Shown here: one piece after another, positions 11,264 to 23,853 of the stretch
Layout of the letters: every line of letters starts with the position of its first letter
Numbering within the stretch: position 1 is the first letter of the stretch
Origin: Escherichia coli
Lineage (GTDB): Bacteria; Pseudomonadota; Gammaproteobacteria; Enterobacterales; Enterobacteriaceae
Length of the DNA: 64,000 nucleotides
Reading direction: 5' to 3' (one strand)
NCBI RefSeq assembly: GCF_002854065.1
Contig: NZ_CP024147.1
Made by a program: the position numbers and the translations under genes
Notes under the pieces: model-generated
What the model was told of the DNA's origin: nothing
The model's input: only the letters and a program-made list of their open reading frames with translations
The model's database searches: none

Positions 11264-12442
11264 TCATGAAGTGACCACTTGCAGCTTAAATAATTGTACT
11301 GTGCTGATAAGCGCAGCAATAAACAACGCCGCCGCGCCGCAGAGAGTGGCGCCGGCAAGCGCCGATGTTCCATTGCCGAGCATACTGGTCAGCGCCGGGC
11401 CGAGGATTTGTCCAATGCCGTAAATGAGCGTCACAAAGCCTAAAAGATTGAGATTTCCCGGTACGCTCAGTTGGCGGGCGATAGTCATCACCAGAGATGT
11501 CGTGCCCATAAAGGTACCGCCAAAACCAAGACTGCTGATGATAAGCAAGAGAGGCGAGTCGCTGGCGAGAGTAAGCAGCACACAGATAGCCTGCACCAGC
11601 AAATTCGCCGTCAGGCAGGGCAAAGCCCACCAACGTTTTGCTGCCCATAGCCAGCCAAAGCAACCAGGCACAATTGATAAGCCGACTAACGTCCAGAGAT
11701 GGGCGGTTAACAATGGTGAGCCTGCATCTTTCGCCATGAGCGGCAGGTAAGTCGCGACGATGATATAACCAAATCCCGCCAGGCCGTACAGAATAGCCAG
11801 TAACCACCAGCTCATTATCTGTTGCTCCGTTTTTGCCAATGGCATTGGTGTGATGGCGTGTTTTTTCGAGGGCATTAAAAGCGTAAGTGCAATCAGCATC
11901 ATGCCAGAAAGCGCCCCGGCGCCTTGCCATAACGTTTGCGAGGAGAGGTCAAAATGCAGGCCTGCCAGAACATATTCATTGCCCAGTGCGATGCCAATGC
12001 CAACGCCAGAAAACAAAGCTGCCAGCACAAAAGGATGGCGCGTGTGCTGCATAATCAGCGTCGAACCAAAAATCAGCATACCGGCGCTGGCGACACCTGC
12101 CAGGACGCGAATCAATAACACCAGAATAAATGGCAGCAACCATGCCATTGCGAGGATCAACAACCCGCTCGCCAGGGCAGAAGCCAACAGAAATGGGCGC
12201 AGGCGCGATGGCTGGTGAAATGCGCCAAACGAAAATAGCAGACTGCCAGCCAGATACCCCGCATAGTTGCCGCTGGCAATCCACGAGAGCTGGCTAAATG
12301 AAAACGATCCTTCCGCCATCATGACGGGCAACATAGGCGTATAAAGGAAGCGGCCTAAACCCATACCTAAGGTCAGAACCAGCATCCCGAAAAGCGCGGT
12401 GCTGAAAGAAAAGCGTTCTACGGGATGCGAGGGCGAAGGCAT
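11264..12442 (-). CDS. yjiJ: MFS transporter YjiJ
   Basis: Track ORF, 392 aa, 12-TM-like hydrophobic profile. Confidence 0.85.
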   Translation of the reverse strand: MPSPSHPVERFSFSTALFGMLVLTLGMGLGRFLYTPMLPVMMAEGSFSFSQLSWIASGNYAGYLAGSLLFSFGAFHQPSRLRPFLLASALASGLLILAMAWLLPFILVLLIRVLAGVASAGMLIFGSTLIMQHTRHPFVLAALFSGVGIGIALGNEYVLAGLHFDLSSQTLWQGAGALSGMMLIALTLLMPSKKHAITPMPLAKTEQQIMSWWLLAILYGLAGFGYIIVATYLPLMAKDAGSPLLTAHLWTLVGLSIVPGCFGWLWAAKRWWALPCLTANLLVQAICVLLTLASDSPLLLIISSLGFGGTFMGTTSLVMTIARQLSVPGNLNLLGFVTLIYGIGQILGPALTSMLGNGTSALAGATLCGAAALFIAALISTVQLFKLQVVTS

Positions 12443-12509
12443 GTTTAACCTTGTTTGTCATTTTTGTTGTTAACAAGTTAATAACAAAAAGGTGAAACAT
12501 GCCAGCCTG

Positions 12510-15617
<3,108 letters not shown>

Positions 15618-15732
15618 GATTTTCCTTCCCCGTACCACGGGAGATAATGAAAAGAGGCCACATTATTACCATTCTTTTAGTGTGGTTTATTTGATCTCTC
15701 TCGCGGTTAGCCACTTAGTTTTTCATGGATTT

Positions 15733-17013
15733 CTATAAATTGCCGAGGGGGAACAAGGCCGGGAGCTGCGACAGCAAATACAAAATAAGTCCAATACAAC
15801 CGCCAACCAGCGTACCGTTGACACGGATAAACTGGAGATCTTTGCCGATATTTAACTCGATTTGCCGCGACATGTCCCGTGCGTCCCAGCTTTTTACCGT
15901 GTCGCTGATATGGCGAGTCAGGAATGCGGAAAACTCAGGCGCAATGCGGTGTGCGGCTTGTTCCAGATGACCATTTAACGACGCCCGCAAGGCATCATCG
16001 GCAATTAACGTTTCGCCAAACCATTGACCAGCCCGCGCGATACGTTCTTTCACACGAGAATCTTCACTGTTGATATCCGCTTTCAGCCATTCCCGTAAAT
16101 CCCCCCACAATTCACTGAGATAGCGGTTAAAAGCTTCATCTTCTTTCAGATAGCTTTTTACGGCATCGGCTCGCGCCGCCATTTCCGGATCGTTTTTCAG
16201 TTTCTCGATCAGGGCGAAGGTAGCGCGATCAAACGCATGGCGGATCTGATGCGCACGATCGCGGCTGATATCATCAAGCAAAGAATTCACCGCGTCAGAA
16301 ACCAACTCCGCGCTATGTTCGCCCAGCCATTCAGTGGGCAAAATTTTGGCTTTCAGTGGATGCTCGCTCTCCAGCCAGCGAACAATTTGCTGGGCAATAA
16401 ACTTGCGCGATTTATCGCGCTGGAGAAGGGCGATCAACTGTGCGATCAGCGTATCCAGCAGCACCTGATGACGATCGTTTTTAGTCATACTCTCCAGCAT
16501 CAACGCACTGGTGCCAGAAAGATCGACTTTATCAATCGCCCGGTGGACCGCGCGCTTAAGCAGGCGCTGAATACGCGCATCATCGGTTAGTTCAAGAAAA
16601 CCGCTCATGATCTGCAACAGATGCTGACCAACGCGGCGGGCGTTTTCTGGCTGACTAAACCAGTTGCCAATCAACAACGCCGGTTCGTGACGTCGAATCA
16701 ATGCCACCAGCGATTGGGTATCGAGAAATTTTTCCTGCACGAACTGGCCGAGATTTTCGCCAATCCGGTCTTTATTACGCGGAATAATCGCCGTATGACG
16801 AGAAATGATCGGAATCGGCACGCGGCGAAACAGCGCCACCACCGCAAACCAGTCCGCCAGCGCGCCGACCATCGCCGCTTCAGCAATCGCCTTCACGCCG
16901 CTCACCCAAAAATTGGGCGGCAAAAACAGCGTAACGACAAAGGTAGCAGCGGCGATAAGCAGTAAAGAGAGCGCCAACATTTTGGCGCGTCTGAGTTCAA
17001 TGAGTTTATTCAT
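15733..17013 (-). CDS. yjiN: Inner-membrane protein YjiN (DUF445 family)
   Basis: Track ORF 15733..17145 trimmed to ATG 17013 ([25 protein letters not shown]...), 426 aa. Confidence 0.8.
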   Translation of the reverse strand: MNKLIELRRAKMLALSLLLIAAATFVVTLFLPPNFWVSGVKAIAEAAMVGALADWFAVVALFRRVPIPIISRHTAIIPRNKDRIGENLGQFVQEKFLDTQSLVALIRRHEPALLIGNWFSQPENARRVGQHLLQIMSGFLELTDDARIQRLLKRAVHRAIDKVDLSGTSALMLESMTKNDRHQVLLDTLIAQLIALLQRDKSRKFIAQQIVRWLESEHPLKAKILPTEWLGEHSAELVSDAVNSLLDDISRDRAHQIRHAFDRATFALIEKLKNDPEMAARADAVKSYLKEDEAFNRYLSELWGDLREWLKADINSEDSRVKERIARAGQWFGETLIADDALRASLNGHLEQAAHRIAPEFSAFLTRHISDTVKSWDARDMSRQIELNIGKDLQFIRVNGTLVGGCIGLILYLLSQLPALFPLGNL

Positions 17014-17053
17014 AATGTTAAGAATAGAGCCTGACGGCAGGATCGCGCAAAAA

Positions 17054-18286
17054 TCACCGCTCCTCCGCCAGCTCGGCAGCCTGATGTTGGCGCACGCGAT
17101 TAAGCAATCCGGCCAGGGTGAAAACGACGATAACGCCTGCCACAACGGCTAACAGATGAAACGGCAAGCGACCGCTGTTAAACCACAGCCAGCGGCCGAT
17201 TTCGACCGAGACAGACATCACCATCAGGATCACCATATTCAGCGATGCGGAGACGGTCCCTTTCGGTAAGTTATTGGAAAACAGCGTAAAGCGGAATAAG
17301 GTCGGGAAAATCAAACCAATCCCGAAAGCATACAGACTGGTGCCCAGCACCGACCACAGCCAGACGTGCGGTGACAGCAGATTGCCGATAATCAACAGCG
17401 CGAGGCCAACCAGTTGAAGGGGTACGGCACGCCAGATAAAGCGCGGTTCGGTCGGATCTTTAACGAAACGCGCCACGATGGCATTCGCGACAATCACCGC
17501 GCCGAACACCGGAACCTGTGTCCAGGCGAACTGCGAAGTTGTTAAGCCGCCCGCGTCGATCAGGATCACCGGCGAGACAGCCACCCAACTCATCATGGGG
17601 ATATAGCTTAAAGAGATGGTTGCTGCGCCAAAGAGGAACAGCCGATTGCAAAAGACATTACGAAAATCGCGCAAGACGCTTTTGGCGCTAAATGGAACCG
17701 CGCCGCGCTTCACCGTCTCTGGCATCGCCAGCAGTAAGCCAACAAATGAGATAAAACCCATAACCGCAATGATGGCAAAAAGGACTTTCCAGTGCACAAA
17801 GTGCATCAGAGCTGCGCCGGAAAGCGGGCCAATAATCGGCGCAATCAGTACGATGGAGGTGATAATCGCCATCAACTTGATCCCTTTTGTCTGTCCGAAC
17901 GCCTCCTGCACCGTGACATAACCAACGGTGGCAATAAAACAGATACTGGTGCCCTGAATTGCACGCGCGATAAGAAACTGTGTCATAGACGTTGTGAACA
18001 TTGTCGCAGCGCAGGCAAGGGTAAATATTAGCGCCCCGGTAATCAGCACCGGCCTGCGGCCAACCCTGTCGGAAAGCGGCCCCAGCAGCCACTGCAATGC
18101 CATGCCTCCAGCGAGATAGAGACTGACGGCAGCCGGGGCCAGACTGACATCGGCATTAAAATCACGGACCACATTAATGATCCCTGGCTGGATCAGGTCC
18201 GTCGACAGATACGCAGCAAAGTCATACAAAATCAACGCCATCGGGAAAAACAGCGTGGCGGCATGGCGGGCAAAAAAACGTGGCAT
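17054..18286 (-). CDS. mdtM: MFS multidrug efflux transporter MdtM (YjiO)
   Basis: Track ORF trimmed to [23 protein letters not shown]..., 410 aa. Confidence 0.85.
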   Translation of the reverse strand: MPRFFARHAATLFFPMALILYDFAAYLSTDLIQPGIINVVRDFNADVSLAPAAVSLYLAGGMALQWLLGPLSDRVGRRPVLITGALIFTLACAATMFTTSMTQFLIARAIQGTSICFIATVGYVTVQEAFGQTKGIKLMAIITSIVLIAPIIGPLSGAALMHFVHWKVLFAIIAVMGFISFVGLLLAMPETVKRGAVPFSAKSVLRDFRNVFCNRLFLFGAATISLSYIPMMSWVAVSPVILIDAGGLTTSQFAWTQVPVFGAVIVANAIVARFVKDPTEPRFIWRAVPLQLVGLALLIIGNLLSPHVWLWSVLGTSLYAFGIGLIFPTLFRFTLFSNNLPKGTVSASLNMVILMVMSVSVEIGRWLWFNSGRLPFHLLAVVAGVIVVFTLAGLLNRVRQHQAAELAEER

Positions 18287-18600
18287 AACAAACAACTCCT
18301 TGTCCGGAGAACCCCAATGGGGAAAACGAAATTCAATACCGTCGGTAATGACGAAAGGCAGGCGAGAAGGACAAATGTACTGAATTTCATGTAATCAACC
18401 ACACTGCCTGCGAATACACAGACAGAGAAATACCTTCTGACTCCAGGTCAGAATGTATAACGATTACAAATAGTCATCAGCACATTACACCTCTTTAATT
18501 GATGGCTTGCATAGAAAATATACACCTTAAGTGTAATTAAAATTTGGTAATGCTGCCAACTTACTGATTTAGTGTATGATGGTGATTTTAAGGTGCTTGC

Positions 18601-18876
18601 GTGGCTTCCATTTCCATCAGATGTCCTTCCTGCTCCACTACTGAAGGCGTGGTGCGTAACGGCAAAAGCACTGCCGGACATCAGCGCTATCTCTGCTCTC
18701 ATTGCCGTAAAACATGGCAACTACAGTTCACTTACACCGCCTCTCAGCCCGGTACGCACCAGAAAATCATTGATATGGCCATGAATGGCGTCGGATGTCG
18801 CGCCAGTGCACGCATTATGGGCGTTGGCCTCAACACGGTTTTACGTCACTTAAAAAACTCAGGCCGCAGTCGGTAA
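18601..18876 (+). CDS. insA: IS1 InsA (DNA-binding regulator, zinc-finger CPSC...CSHC)
   Basis: Track ORF, 91 aa, GTG start, [37 protein letters not shown]... Confidence 0.85.
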   Translation: MASISIRCPSCSTTEGVVRNGKSTAGHQRYLCSHCRKTWQLQFTYTASQPGTHQKIIDMAMNGVGCRASARIMGVGLNTVLRHLKNSGRSR

Positions 18877-19298
18877 CCTCGCGCATACAACCGGGCAGTG
18901 ATGTGATTGTCTGCGCTGAAATGGACGAACAGTGGGGCTACGTCGGTGCTAAATCACGTCAGCGCTGGCTGTTTTACGCGTATGACAGGATACGGAGGAC
19001 GGTTGTGGCGCACGTCTTCGGTGAACGCACTCTGGCCACACTGGAGCGTCTTCTGAGCCTGCTGTCGGCCTTTGAGGTCGTAGTATAGATGACGGATGGC
19101 TGGCCGCTGTATGAATCACGCCTGAAGGGAAAGCTGCACGTTATCAGCAAGCGTTACACTCAGCGCATTGAGCGACATAACCTGAATCTGAGACAACATC
19201 TGGCAAGGCTGGGACGGAAGTCACTGTCGTTCTCAAAATCGGTGGAGCTGCATGACAAGGTCATCGGGCATTATCTGAACATAAAACACTATCAGTAA
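18795..19298 (+). pseudogene. insB: IS1 insB' transposase frame interrupted by an in-frame TAG (expected Trp codon) at 19086..19088
   Basis: Track splits the frame into 18795..19088 (...LLSAFEVVV*) and 19089..19298 ([14 protein letters not shown]...). As I recall it, canonical IS1 reads ...DVVIWMTDGW... through this point. Confidence 0.7.
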
Positions 19299-19439
19299 GT
19301 TGGAGTCATTACCCGACAGCGAGGTGTTTAGTGTGCCATGTCAGGCGAGAAATTCTATTGGATGAATCAAGTCCAACTTACTCATTGTCAATTTCATGGT
19401 TGATTATTCGAAACGTGATGCTATTTCCAACATCAACGC

Positions 19440-19481
19440 TATAATTGCAGAATAATTGTAGATACATTTTTGTATATACAA
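19440..19481 (+). promoter_or_regulatory. Putative brnTA promoter (-10 TATAAT) and operator-like inverted repeat TTGTAGATACA-tttt-TGTATATACAA
   Basis: Perfect tataat at about 19440..19445; 11-bp inverted repeat (10 of 11 matching) at about 19456..19481, just upstream of the AGGGA Shine-Dalgarno of brnT. Confidence 0.4.
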
Positions 19482-19496
19482 TTAGGGATGGCAATT

Positions 19497-19784
19497 ATGC
19501 CAATGGAGTTTGAATGGGATGAAAACAAGGCCAAAAGTAATCGGGTGAAACATGGCATCCGCTTTGAAGATGCGGTGTTATTGTTTGATGATCCACAACA
19601 TTTGTCACAGCAAGAACGCATAGAAAACGGTGAGTATCGCTGGCAGACAATCGGCCTGGTTTACGGCATCGTGGTTATTCTGGTTGCGCATACCATCCGT
19701 TTCGAAAGCGGAAATGAAATTATTCGAATCATCAGTGCACGAAAAGCAGATCGTAAAGAGAGGAATCGCTATGAGCATGGTTAA
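19497..19784 (+). CDS. brnT: BrnT-like toxin (DUF497, RelE/ParE-superfamily ribonuclease fold), 95 aa
   Basis: Track ORF 19470..19784 trimmed to MPMEFEWDENKAKSNRVKHGIRFEDAVLLFDDP...IIRIISARKADRKERNRYEHG; N-terminal FEWDE.K...KHG and C-terminal RIISARKA are hallmarks of DUF497. Confidence 0.8.
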   Translation: MPMEFEWDENKAKSNRVKHGIRFEDAVLLFDDPQHLSQQERIENGEYRWQTIGLVYGIVVILVAHTIRFESGNEIIRIISARKADRKERNRYEHG

Positions 19785-20073
19785 ACATAAACGAGGGACC
19801 TCCTCTACACTCGATGTGCAGCATGAGGCCGAACTGAAGGCGCTGACGAATAAATCCGACGAAGATATTGATTACAGTGATATCCCACCTTCCAGCGATG
19901 AGCAATGGTCTAACGCCGAACGCGGTAAGTTTTATCGGCCATTGAAAACTCAGGCTTCGGTGCGTATTGATGCTGATGTGATGGAATGGTTGAAGCGACC
20001 AGGTAAAGGCTATCAAACTCGCCTGAACGCAATTTTACGTGAAGCGATGCTGCGCGATCAGAACAAAAAATAA
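19771..20073 (+). CDS. brnA: BrnA-like antitoxin (DUF4415, ribbon-helix-helix type), 100 aa
   Basis: In-frame ATG within track ORF 19630..20073: MSMVKHKRGTSS...VRIDADVMEWLKRPGKGYQTRLNAILREAML; start overlaps the brnT 3' end by 14 nt; GAGAGGAA Shine-Dalgarno. Confidence 0.8.
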   Translation: MSMVKHKRGTSSTLDVQHEAELKALTNKSDEDIDYSDIPPSSDEQWSNAERGKFYRPLKTQASVRIDADVMEWLKRPGKGYQTRLNAILREAMLRDQNKK

Positions 20074-20077
20074 TTCA

Positions 20078-20095
20078 GGCCGCCACATGGCGGCC
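20078..20095. terminator. GC hairpin between convergent brnA and yjiA
   Basis: ggccgcc-acat-ggcggcc perfect 7-bp stem; no T-run, so intrinsic terminator function is uncertain. Confidence 0.35.
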
Positions 20096-20106
20096 ATCAT
20101 CCAAAA

Positions 20107-21063
20107 TTACTTCCTCAACCCCGCAAACGCTGCCCGAATCTCTTCCTCCGGCAACTGAATCCCGATAAACACCATTGTGCTATGCGGTTTTTCATCGCCC
20201 CACGGGCGGTCCCAGTCGGCGCTGTAGAGGCGCTGGACGCCCTGGAACAGCAGGCGGTTAGGTTCGCCGTCAATCCACAGCATCCCTTTGTAACGCAGCA
20301 GTTTATCTGCCGATTCCAGAAGCAGGTTTTCCATCACCCGGGAAACTTCGCTGATATCTACCGGGTAATCCAGTTCCACCACAATCGACGAAATATCGTT
20401 TTGTTTATCCGCGATAAAGTGGAAACGCGGTTTGGTGCTGACGACGTTCTCTTCCAGCATAAAACCGTTGGTGTTGAACAGCAGGCCCAGGTCGATGTCG
20501 CCGTGGGTGACGGTGTAGACCGGTGCACGGGCGTTGATGCGCGCCAGGCGTTCACGCAGTTTTTCTGCTTCGCCTGCGACGTCGGTTTTGGTCAGCAGAA
20601 TACGGTCGGCGTAGCCAACCTGGGACTGGGCGATGGTGAACTGGTTCATCTGCTCGTCGGCATGTACCGCATCCACCAGCGCAATCACACCGTCCAGCAG
20701 GTAACGCTGGCATAAAATCTCATGGGAGAAAAAGGTCTGAATAATCGGGCCGGGATCGGCCATGCCGGTGCATTCAATGACCAGACGGTCAAACTGAATA
20801 TTGCCCTTGTCGAGATTATCCAGCAGGTCGAGTAGTGCGTCTTCCAGCTCGTTGGAGCGCGAACAGCAGATGCAGCCGTTGGTCAGCGTTTTGATCTGCG
20901 TGGCGCGGTCGCCAATTAGTTGATCATCAACGGAGACTTCGCCGAATTCGTTTTCAATCACGGCAATCTTGTAGCCGTGTTGTTCGTTAAGAATATGGCG
21001 CAGCAGGGTGGTTTTTCCCGCGCCTAAAAAACCGGTGAGTAGGGTAACTGCAATCGGGTTCAT
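20107..21063 (-). CDS. yjiA: CobW/P47K-family GTPase (zinc-chaperone-like) YjiA
   Basis: Track ORF 20107..21147 trimmed to MNPIAVTLLTGFLGAGKTTLLRHIL... (P-loop GAGKTT), 318 aa. Confidence 0.9.
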   Translation of the reverse strand: MNPIAVTLLTGFLGAGKTTLLRHILNEQHGYKIAVIENEFGEVSVDDQLIGDRATQIKTLTNGCICCSRSNELEDALLDLLDNLDKGNIQFDRLVIECTGMADPGPIIQTFFSHEILCQRYLLDGVIALVDAVHADEQMNQFTIAQSQVGYADRILLTKTDVAGEAEKLRERLARINARAPVYTVTHGDIDLGLLFNTNGFMLEENVVSTKPRFHFIADKQNDISSIVVELDYPVDISEVSRVMENLLLESADKLLRYKGMLWIDGEPNRLLFQGVQRLYSADWDRPWGDEKPHSTMVFIGIQLPEEEIRAAFAGLRK

Positions 21064-21073
21064 GCTCTCTCCA

Positions 21074-21277
21074 TTAACAACAGCGCATACCGCCTTTACC
21101 ATCGCCGCCGTAGCGCGCGTTCTGGCGTTCGCGGAAGAATTCTTCATAGCTCATGTACGGCTTGTCGGGATGGTTGGTCTTCATATGCTCGACGTAGTTG
21201 TCGTAGTCTGGAATGCCAATCAACATCTTTGCCGCCTGGCCGAGATATTTTTTTGCCTGTCCTAAGTTACCAAACAT
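21074..21277 (-). CDS. yjiX: Small protein YjiX (DUF466), co-transcribed with btsT
   Basis: Track ORF, 67 aa, C-terminal MRCC. Confidence 0.85.
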
Positions 21278-21326
21278 AGTTCACTCTGATAAGAACAAAG
21301 CCCCGCCGAAGCGGGGCTAAACACGG

Positions 21327-23477
21327 TTAGTGGTGCGAAGAGATCTTCACGCCGCCTTCCGGGATTGGAACGTACGGTGTTTCTTTGTCAGTACGTTTGT
21401 CGCTGTTACGCACCGCAAGCCAGGTTTTGAAACCGTAGAAGATGATGCTGTACACCACAATCAGGAACAGAATACTCAGGCCCGCGTTGGTGTAGTTGTT
21501 CACAACGATGTGGTTCATGTTGGCAATCTGCTGCGCCGTCAGGTCAGTACCGTTAGCAATCTTCTCTTTGTACTGGCTTGCCATGTAGAAGAAGCCTTCC
21601 ATCTGCGGGTTGGTGCTGAACAGTTTCAGACCCAGCGCCCAGGTGGTGCAGATAAGCAGCCATACAGCCGGAACAACAGTTACCCAGATGTATTGGGTGC
21701 GCTTCATCTTAATCAGCACAACGGTGCCCAGTACCAGCGCTACGGCTGCCAGCATCTGGTTGGAGATACCGAACAGCGGCCACAGGCTCTTAACGCCGCC
21801 CAGCGGATCGACCACGCCCTGATACAGCAGGTAGCCCCACAGACCCACACAGCCCGCAGTACCGATGATACCGGCAACCAGAGAGTCGGTTTTTTTCAGG
21901 AATGGGATGAAGTTACCCAGCAGGTCTTGCAGCATAAAGCGGCCAGAACGGGTACCCGCATCCAGCGCGGTCAGGATGAACAGGGCTTCGAACAGAATAC
22001 CGAAGTGATACCAGAAGCCCATGTCAGCCATCGGCAGCACTTTGTGGAACACATGAGCGATACCTACCGCCAGCGTCGGCGCACCACCTGCACGGTTCAG
22101 GACAGAAGGCTCACCAATGTCTTTCGCGGTTTGCAGGATCTGCTCTGGCGAAATCACGAAGCCCCAGGAGCTGACGGTCGCCGCCGCGTGTGCGGTAACG
22201 TCTTTCAGCTGCGCCATGATGATCGGCGCGTTCTCGCCACCCATTTCATGCAGGTTAGGCATGGTGATGCCAAGGCCCGCAGGCGGGGTATTCATCGCGA
22301 AGTAAAGACCCGGTTCGATGATGGACGCAGCAACCAGCGCCATAATCGCCACGAAGGACTCCATCAGCATTGCGCCGTAGCCAATGAAACGCGCGTCGGT
22401 TTCGTTAGCCAGCAGTTTCGGCGTCGTACCGGAAGAGATCAGCGCGTGGAAGCCAGATACCGCACCACAGGCGATGGTGATGAACAGGAACGGGAACAGA
22501 GCGCCTTTCCACAGCGGGCCAGTACCGTCAATGTACTGGGTCATCGCAGGCATTTTCAGTTCCGGGTTCAGCACCACGATACCCAGCGCCAGGCCGACGA
22601 TAACGCCGATTTTCAGGAAGGTTGCCAGATAGTCGCGCGGTGCGAGGATCAGCCACACCGGCAGCAGTGCGGAAACAAACGCATAGCCAATCAGCGCGAA
22701 GGTAATGGTGGTGTCTTTAAAGGTCAGTGCCGGACCCCAGTACGGATCGTGAGCAATCACGCCACCGAAGTAGATAGAGGCAACCAGCAGCACGATACCA
22801 ATGACAGAGACTTCACCCACACGCCCCGGACGGATAAAGCGCATGTAGATACCCATAAACAGCGCAATCGGTACGGTTGAGCAAACGGTGAAGACACCCC
22901 ACGGACTTTCGGCCAGGGCTTTAACCACAATCAGCGCCAGGACGGCGAGGATGATGATCATGATTAAGAAACAGCCAAACAGCGCGATAGTCCCCGGTAC
23001 TGGTCCCATCTCTTCTTTGATCATCTCACCAAGAGATGCGCCATTACGGCGAGAGGAGATAAACAGCACCATAAAGTCCTGAACCGCACCGGCCAGCACG
23101 ACCCCCGCCAGCAGCCACAGCGTGCCAGGCAGGTAGCCCATCTGCGCGGCGAGAACCGGACCCACCAGCGGACCAGCACCGGCGATAGCGGCGAAGTGGT
23201 GACCAAACAACACGTAACGGTTGGTCGGAACGTAGTTCAGACCGTCGTTGTTAATAACCGCAGGCGTCGCGCGCGTGGGGTCGAGTTTCATCACCTTCTG
23301 GGCGATGTACAGACTGTAGTAGCGATACGCCACCAGATACACCGACACAGAGGCGACCACGATCCACAGGGCGCTGACGTGCTCCCCCCGACGTAATGCA
23401 ACTACCGCGAGGCAGAATGCACCGATGATTCCGAGAATCACCCAGGGTATGTGCTTGAATATCTTTTTAGTATCCAT
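21327..23477 (-). CDS. btsT: CstA-family pyruvate/H+ symporter BtsT (YjiY)
   Basis: Track ORF 21327..23492 trimmed to MDTKKIFKHIPWVILGIIGAF..., 716 aa. Confidence 0.9.
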   Translation of the reverse strand: MDTKKIFKHIPWVILGIIGAFCLAVVALRRGEHVSALWIVVASVSVYLVAYRYYSLYIAQKVMKLDPTRATPAVINNDGLNYVPTNRYVLFGHHFAAIAGAGPLVGPVLAAQMGYLPGTLWLLAGVVLAGAVQDFMVLFISSRRNGASLGEMIKEEMGPVPGTIALFGCFLIMIIILAVLALIVVKALAESPWGVFTVCSTVPIALFMGIYMRFIRPGRVGEVSVIGIVLLVASIYFGGVIAHDPYWGPALTFKDTTITFALIGYAFVSALLPVWLILAPRDYLATFLKIGVIVGLALGIVVLNPELKMPAMTQYIDGTGPLWKGALFPFLFITIACGAVSGFHALISSGTTPKLLANETDARFIGYGAMLMESFVAIMALVAASIIEPGLYFAMNTPPAGLGITMPNLHEMGGENAPIIMAQLKDVTAHAAATVSSWGFVISPEQILQTAKDIGEPSVLNRAGGAPTLAVGIAHVFHKVLPMADMGFWYHFGILFEALFILTALDAGTRSGRFMLQDLLGNFIPFLKKTDSLVAGIIGTAGCVGLWGYLLYQGVVDPLGGVKSLWPLFGISNQMLAAVALVLGTVVLIKMKRTQYIWVTVVPAVWLLICTTWALGLKLFSTNPQMEGFFYMASQYKEKIANGTDLTAQQIANMNHIVVNNYTNAGLSILFLIVVYSIIFYGFKTWLAVRNSDKRTDKETPYVPIPEGGVKISSHH

Positions 23478-23683
23478 AGTAAAACCTGGCATGTATTGAT
23501 TAATAGTTGGCCGAAGCCGTTCTAGGTTTGCGTTGCGTTTGAGGAGGTAAATTGACCGCTATCCTGTAGTGATGTTGCCAGAGTTACGCGCGCGTAAAGT
23601 AAGGTAAATAACTGAGTGGTTATTTTAGGGATGTAAGCGGTCAGTTTTGCGGTTGAGCGGCAAAGGCGTCGTTTAAGTGACGA

Positions 23684-23711
23684 TAAATATGTGATTCATA
23701 TCACATATTTA
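23684..23711. promoter_or_regulatory. Near-consensus CRP site AAATATGTGATtcatATCACATATTT upstream of btsT
   Basis: Perfect 11-bp inverted repeat with TGTGA-N6-TCACA core; CRP assignment is by consensus match. Confidence 0.55.
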
Positions 23712-23796
23712 TATTGTGAGTAATTTATGTAAATAATGGCTTTTTAAATTCAGAGTGTGAATAAAATTACTCGGCGTAATCTCCGCGGGATATTCA

Positions 23797-23823
23797 TAAA
23801 GTTTTTCCTTTCCTGGCCGAAAA
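23797..23823 (+). promoter_or_regulatory. Sigma-28 (FliA) class-3 promoter of tsr: TAAAGTTT-N11-GCCGAAAA
   Basis: Matches the sigma-28 consensus TAAAGTTT-N11-GCCGATAA about 30 nt upstream of the tsr ATG. Confidence 0.6.
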
Positions 23824-23853
23824 TCTTGCATCGGTCCACAGGAAAGAGAAACC

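Larger units (their letters stand above)
18546..19313 (+). mobile_element. IS1-family insertion sequence, 768 bp, divergent variant, with terminal inverted repeats
   Basis: Left end ggtaatgctgccaacttactgat and right end atcagtaagttggagtcattacc; contains insA, the TTAAAAAAC frameshift motif and insB'. Flanking 9-mers differ (ttaaaattt vs cgacagcga), so no target-site duplication. Confidence 0.9.

Noticed and set aside
15733-17145. Track N-terminal extensions of yjiN (470 aa), also yjiH (270 aa), yjiA (346 aa), serB (368 aa) and osmY (227 aa)
   Set aside because: The extensions come from upstream in-frame ATG/GTG/TTG in non-coding leaders; the trimmed starts match the known protein N-termini and have better Shine-Dalgarno sequences.
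18572-18784. 70-aa alternative-frame ORF inside IS1, and the 90-aa minus ORF 18448..18720 across the IS1 left end
   Set aside because: Overlap insA in other frames; IS1 coding capacity is accounted for by insA and insB'.
21330-22880. 516-aa plus-strand ORF opposite btsT
   Set aside because: Antisense shadow of a large recognised transporter gene; Arg/His/Gln-rich low-complexity translation.
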